Below are positions 8,970-12,134 of a stretch of DNA of 12,134 nucleotides, piece after piece (position 1 is the stretch's first letter; each line of letters starts with the position of its first letter). A program made the position numbers and the translations under genes. The DNA comes from Candidatus Calescibacterium sp. (lineage in GTDB: Bacteria; Calescibacteriota; Calescibacteriia; Calescibacteriales; Calescibacteriaceae). The notes under the pieces were generated by a model. That model was not told the origin of the DNA, did no database searches, and saw only the letters and a list, made by a program, of their open reading frames with translations. The stretch is from positions 1-12,134 of the forward strand of contig JAVVGL010000040.1 of assembly GCA_032249135.1 (NCBI GenBank). Reading direction: 5' to 3'.

Positions 8970-9114
8970 CCTTTATTCTCTCTCCTTTTTTCACATGTAG
9001 AGGAACCTGAATTACAACTCCATTTTATAATGTGGCAGTTTTTATGCCACTTGATTCTGTATCTCCCCTTATTCCGGGAGGAGTATCAACGACTTCAAGC
9101 TCAATAACCTTCGT
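8932..9114 (-). pseudogene. efp: Elongation factor P C-terminal fragment with an internal stop
   Basis: Manual translation of the minus strand gives TKVIELEVVDTPPGIRGDTESSGIKTATL*NGVVIQVPLHVKKGERIKVNPEKNEYLGRA*. This matches the EF-P domain III pattern (VELEV..T.PG.RGDT...K.A.LE.G..IQVP.....GE.IKV....EY..RA). A TAA at 9025-9027 replaces the usual Glu. The N-terminal two-thirds, including the modified loop residue, is missing. Confidence 0.88.
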
Positions 9115-9167
9115 ATAAAGATTTGAATTTTTCAAAAATGAAAAAGATATGAGTAAAGAGAATTTAT

Positions 9168-11855
9168 ATGTTTGAGCAAGCAAAAAAAGAGTTAAGTATT
9201 GGGAAAAAGAAATTCACATTTTTCTCTATCAGAATCGTAGATGAGCAAAAGCTAAAAAAATTACCATTCTCTCTCCGTATTCTCCTTGAAAACCTCATAA
9301 GACATTATGACGGCGAAGTAGTTAATGAAGAACACATAAAAGCAATTTTAGAAAGAAAAAAGGGAGAAGAAATTCCGTTCTTTCCAGAGAGAGTTATTCT
9401 GCAAGATTTCACTGGTGTCCCTCTTATTACTGACCTTGCTGTAATGAGAGATGTCGCAAAAAAATTAGGATATGACCCCAAAATTATAAACCCAATAAAA
9501 AGATGCGACCTCGTTATTGATCACTCTGTTCAGGTTGATTTTTATGGTTCAGATTTGGCTTTAGAACTCAACATTCAAAAAGAATTTGAAAGAAACAGAG
9601 AAAGATACATTTTCTTAAAATGGGCTCAAAAAGCTTTCAAAAACATGAGAGTAATCCCTCCCGGTGCAGGAATAATTCATCAGGTCAATCTTGAATTTCT
9701 TGCAGATGTGGTAAGAGTTGAAAAAATAAAAGGGTTAGGAAATGTCCTCTACCCAGATACTCTTTTAGGAACTGATTCTCATACAACTATGATAAATGCT
9801 CTCGGAATTTTAGGATGGGGGGTAGGTGGAATAGAAGCAGAAGCTGTAATGCTCGGAGAACCATATTACATAACTGTTCCGGAAGTTATCGGAGTGAAAC
9901 TTTCAGGAAAACCTAAACCAGAAATTACCGCAACTGATGTCGTTCTCACAATAACTCAAGTTCTGAGAAAAAAAGGAGTGGTTGATAAGTTCGTTGAATT
10001 TTTCGGAGATGGAGTTAAAAACCTTCCTACACAAGATAGAGCAACAATATCAAATATGTGTCCAGAGTATGGAGCGAGATGTGCCTTATTCCCACCAGAT
10101 GAAAAAACAATAGAATACCTTGTTATGACAGCAAGACCCAAAGAACATATAAAAATAGTTGAAACCTATCTTAAAGAGAACTTGATGTTCCAAGATTACT
10201 CCTCCGAACCTGAATTTGATGATATAGTTGAGATAAATCTTGAAGAAATAGAGCCATCGGTTGCAGGTCCTTCCCGCCCTCACGACAGAATCCCCTTGAA
10301 TAAAATAAAAGAGAAATTTTACTCATATCTTGGTAGAGAACCAAAAGAAGTTGAAATTGAGCTTGACGGAAGTTTGAAAGCAAAAATTGGAGACGGAACA
10401 ATAATAATCTCTGCCATAACAAGCTGTACAAATACATCAAATCCAGAACTTATGATAGGAGCAGGAATTCTTGCGAAAAAAGCAGTTGAGAGGGGGTTAA
10501 GAACTCCACTTTGGGTCAAAACCTCAAATGCTCCGGGTTCAGAGGTTGTCTCATATTACCTTGAAAAATCAGGACTTTTACCCTATCTCAAAGCTCTTGG
10601 ATTCCACATAACAGGATATGGATGTACCGTTTGTATAGGAAACTCTGGACCTATAAACCCTAAAATAGAAACAGCAATAAGAGAAAATGGTTTAACTTGT
10701 GTTGCAGTTTTGAGTGGAAACAGAAACTTTGAAGGTAGAATTCATCTTTCTGCAAGGGCAAATTTCCTGATGTCTCCCCCTCTTGTAGTTGCTTTCGCCA
10801 TTGCTGGAAAAATTATTGACCCATATAATGAACCTCTGGGATATGACCCTTCTGGTCTTCCAGTTTATCTCAAAGATATATGGCCGTCAAAAGAAGAAAT
10901 AGAGGAAGTTGTAAAGATAATATCTCCAAAAATGTTCAAAGAAAAGTATTCAAAAGTTTTTGAAGGAAGCAAGGAGTGGAAAGAACTTCCATCTTATGAG
11001 GGAGACACTTTCCCATGGGATGAAAATTCAACTTACATAAAACCTCCCCCATTTTTTGATGGTTTCACATCCGAACCTTCTGAGCTCCAAGATATAAAAG
11101 ACGCTCACATTCTGCTTTATTTAGGAGATACGATAACAACAGACCATATATCACCAGCAGGCTCTATACCTCTTAAGTCTCCAGCGGGTCAGTATCTTAT
11201 AAGCAAAGGAGTTAAACCGGAGGATTTCAACAATTACGGAGCGAGAAGAGGGAACTGGGAAGTAATGGTAAGAGGCACATTCGCTAATCCACGAATAAAG
11301 AACCTTATTTTCGGAGGTGAAAAAGAAGGAGGATACACTATATTTTTCCCTGAAATGAAAGAAACAACTGTATTTGAGGCTTCACAACTTTACAAAGAAT
11401 ATGGAATACCTTTGATTGTGGTAGCAGGAAAAGAGTACGGAGCAGGTAGTTCCCGAGATTGGGCAGCAAAAGGAACTTATCTTTTAGGTATAAAAGCTGT
11501 TATTGCCGAAAGTTTTGAAACCATTCACAGAAGTAATCTTGTTGGAATGGGAGTTGTTCCTCTGAGGTTCAAAGATACAAATGCAAAAGAGCTCGGAATA
11601 ACAGGAAAAGAAAAATTTTTCATACCGCTCAAAGATCTTGCTCCAAAGAAAGAAATTGAGGTCAAAATGATAAGAGAAAACGGAGAAGAAAAAACATTCA
11701 AAGTTATAGCGGAGATAAACACAAAAGTTGAACTTGAATATATAAAGCACGGCGGAATTTTACCTTATGTTCTGAGAAAAATATTGGCAAAACAGAAAAA
11801 GAAATTAATAAGAAGAAAAAACCAAAAAAATAAATCGGAATCAAATTCAAATTAA
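9168..11855 (+). CDS. acnA: Aconitate hydratase A (AcnA/IRP family)
   Basis: RVILQDFTGVP, LVIDHSVQVD, GIIHQVNLE, GTDSHTTMIN, [4Fe-4S] ligands in ITSCTNTSNP and YGCTVCIGNSG, VLSGNRNFEGRIH, ITTDHISPAG and YGAGSSRDWAAKG. Confidence 0.97.
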   Translation: MFEQAKKELSIGKKKFTFFSIRIVDEQKLKKLPFSLRILLENLIRHYDGEVVNEEHIKAILERKKGEEIPFFPERVILQDFTGVPLITDLAVMRDVAKKLGYDPKIINPIKRCDLVIDHSVQVDFYGSDLALELNIQKEFERNRERYIFLKWAQKAFKNMRVIPPGAGIIHQVNLEFLADVVRVEKIKGLGNVLYPDTLLGTDSHTTMINALGILGWGVGGIEAEAVMLGEPYYITVPEVIGVKLSGKPKPEITATDVVLTITQVLRKKGVVDKFVEFFGDGVKNLPTQDRATISNMCPEYGARCALFPPDEKTIEYLVMTARPKEHIKIVETYLKENLMFQDYSSEPEFDDIVEINLEEIEPSVAGPSRPHDRIPLNKIKEKFYSYLGREPKEVEIELDGSLKAKIGDGTIIISAITSCTNTSNPELMIGAGILAKKAVERGLRTPLWVKTSNAPGSEVVSYYLEKSGLLPYLKALGFHITGYGCTVCIGNSGPINPKIETAIRENGLTCVAVLSGNRNFEGRIHLSARANFLMSPPLVVAFAIAGKIIDPYNEPLGYDPSGLPVYLKDIWPSKEEIEEVVKIISPKMFKEKYSKVFEGSKEWKELPSYEGDTFPWDENSTYIKPPPFFDGFTSEPSELQDIKDAHILLYLGDTITTDHISPAGSIPLKSPAGQYLISKGVKPEDFNNYGARRGNWEVMVRGTFANPRIKNLIFGGEKEGGYTIFFPEMKETTVFEASQLYKEYGIPLIVVAGKEYGAGSSRDWAAKGTYLLGIKAVIAESFETIHRSNLVGMGVVPLRFKDTNAKELGITGKEKFFIPLKDLAPKKEIEVKMIRENGEEKTFKVIAEINTKVELEYIKHGGILPYVLRKILAKQKKKLIRRKNQKNKSESNSN

Positions 11856-11957
11856 ATCGCTCAAAGAAAATTAAAAACAAAAAGTTACCAAATTCAAATT
11901 ACCAAATTCAAAACTTGCCACAAATTCGCAAACTATCAAATTTTCACGATCAAATTC
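11842..11957 (+). repeat. Short CAAATT-rich repeat tract including a perfect 14-bp tandem duplication
   Basis: CAAATT occurs at 11842, 11848, 11889, 11895, 11903, 11921, 11937 and 11951. TTACCAAATTCAAA occurs twice in tandem at 11885-11912. Confidence 0.7.
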
Positions 11958-12054
11958 TATTTTCATGAATATGATTAAATTTTACTCTATGAAGTGCCAA
12001 AAAAATGCAGTGGGTAATTAATGAAAGAAGAAATTGCAGAGAAAACATTCCGAT

Positions 12055-12134
12055 TCAGTTTATAACAAAAATAATCATCTTACTTTCCTTCCTTTCTACA
12101 TCTTTCCTTCTAACTTTTTGTTCTCGTGAAGAAT
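12055..12134 (-). CDS. Possible 3' end of a gene entering from the right edge (product unknown)
   Basis: The purine-rich minus strand is open from the window edge (SSREQKVRRKDVERKESKMIIFVIN*, stop at 12055-12057). An alternative frame (ILHENKKLEGKM*) is also possible. Confidence 0.3.
   Translation of the reverse strand, partial: SSREQKVRRKDVERKESKMIIFVIN

Noticed and set aside
454..11750. Short ORFs antisense to or nested within the main genes (e.g. 454-666, 808-1047, 3545-3766, 4131-4343, 4684-5089, 5929-7170, 8299-8553, 9956-10519, 11484-11750)
   Set aside because: They are shadow ORFs opposite well-supported genes and carry no recognisable motifs.
11842..11957. CRISPR array
   Set aside because: The repeat units are only 6-14 bp, irregularly spaced, with no 30-40 bp unique spacers and no cas genes.
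12000..12022. Iron-responsive element (CAGTGG at 12008-12013) downstream of acnA
   Set aside because: The flanks (AAATG / GTAAT) do not form the required 5-bp stem, so this is likely a chance hexamer.

Overview
AT-rich, gene-dense chromosomal window from a bacterium, probably a thermophile (inferred from K/E/I-rich proteins). Gene order: secreted beta-propeller protein (+); then on the minus strand, in transcription order, purE-purK, sucC-sucD, a Type II restriction-modification pair (EcoRII-C/PspGI-like endonuclease plus N4-cytosine methyltransferase) and a lone rplM with no rpsI; then aconitase acnA (+). Between purE and acnA is a ~460-bp relic that the ORF track mostly misses. It holds the 3' ends of two convergent, overlapping genes: an MFS transporter (+) and elongation factor P (-, with an in-frame TAA). 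The most notable observations are this relic, a purEK pair that from memory resembles Sulfolobales (archaeal) purEK, the R-M system wedged between sucD and rplM, and charged C-terminal tails on two TCA enzymes. I found no CRISPR array, RNA gene or transposase, and nothing that clearly amounts to a wholly new multi-gene system.
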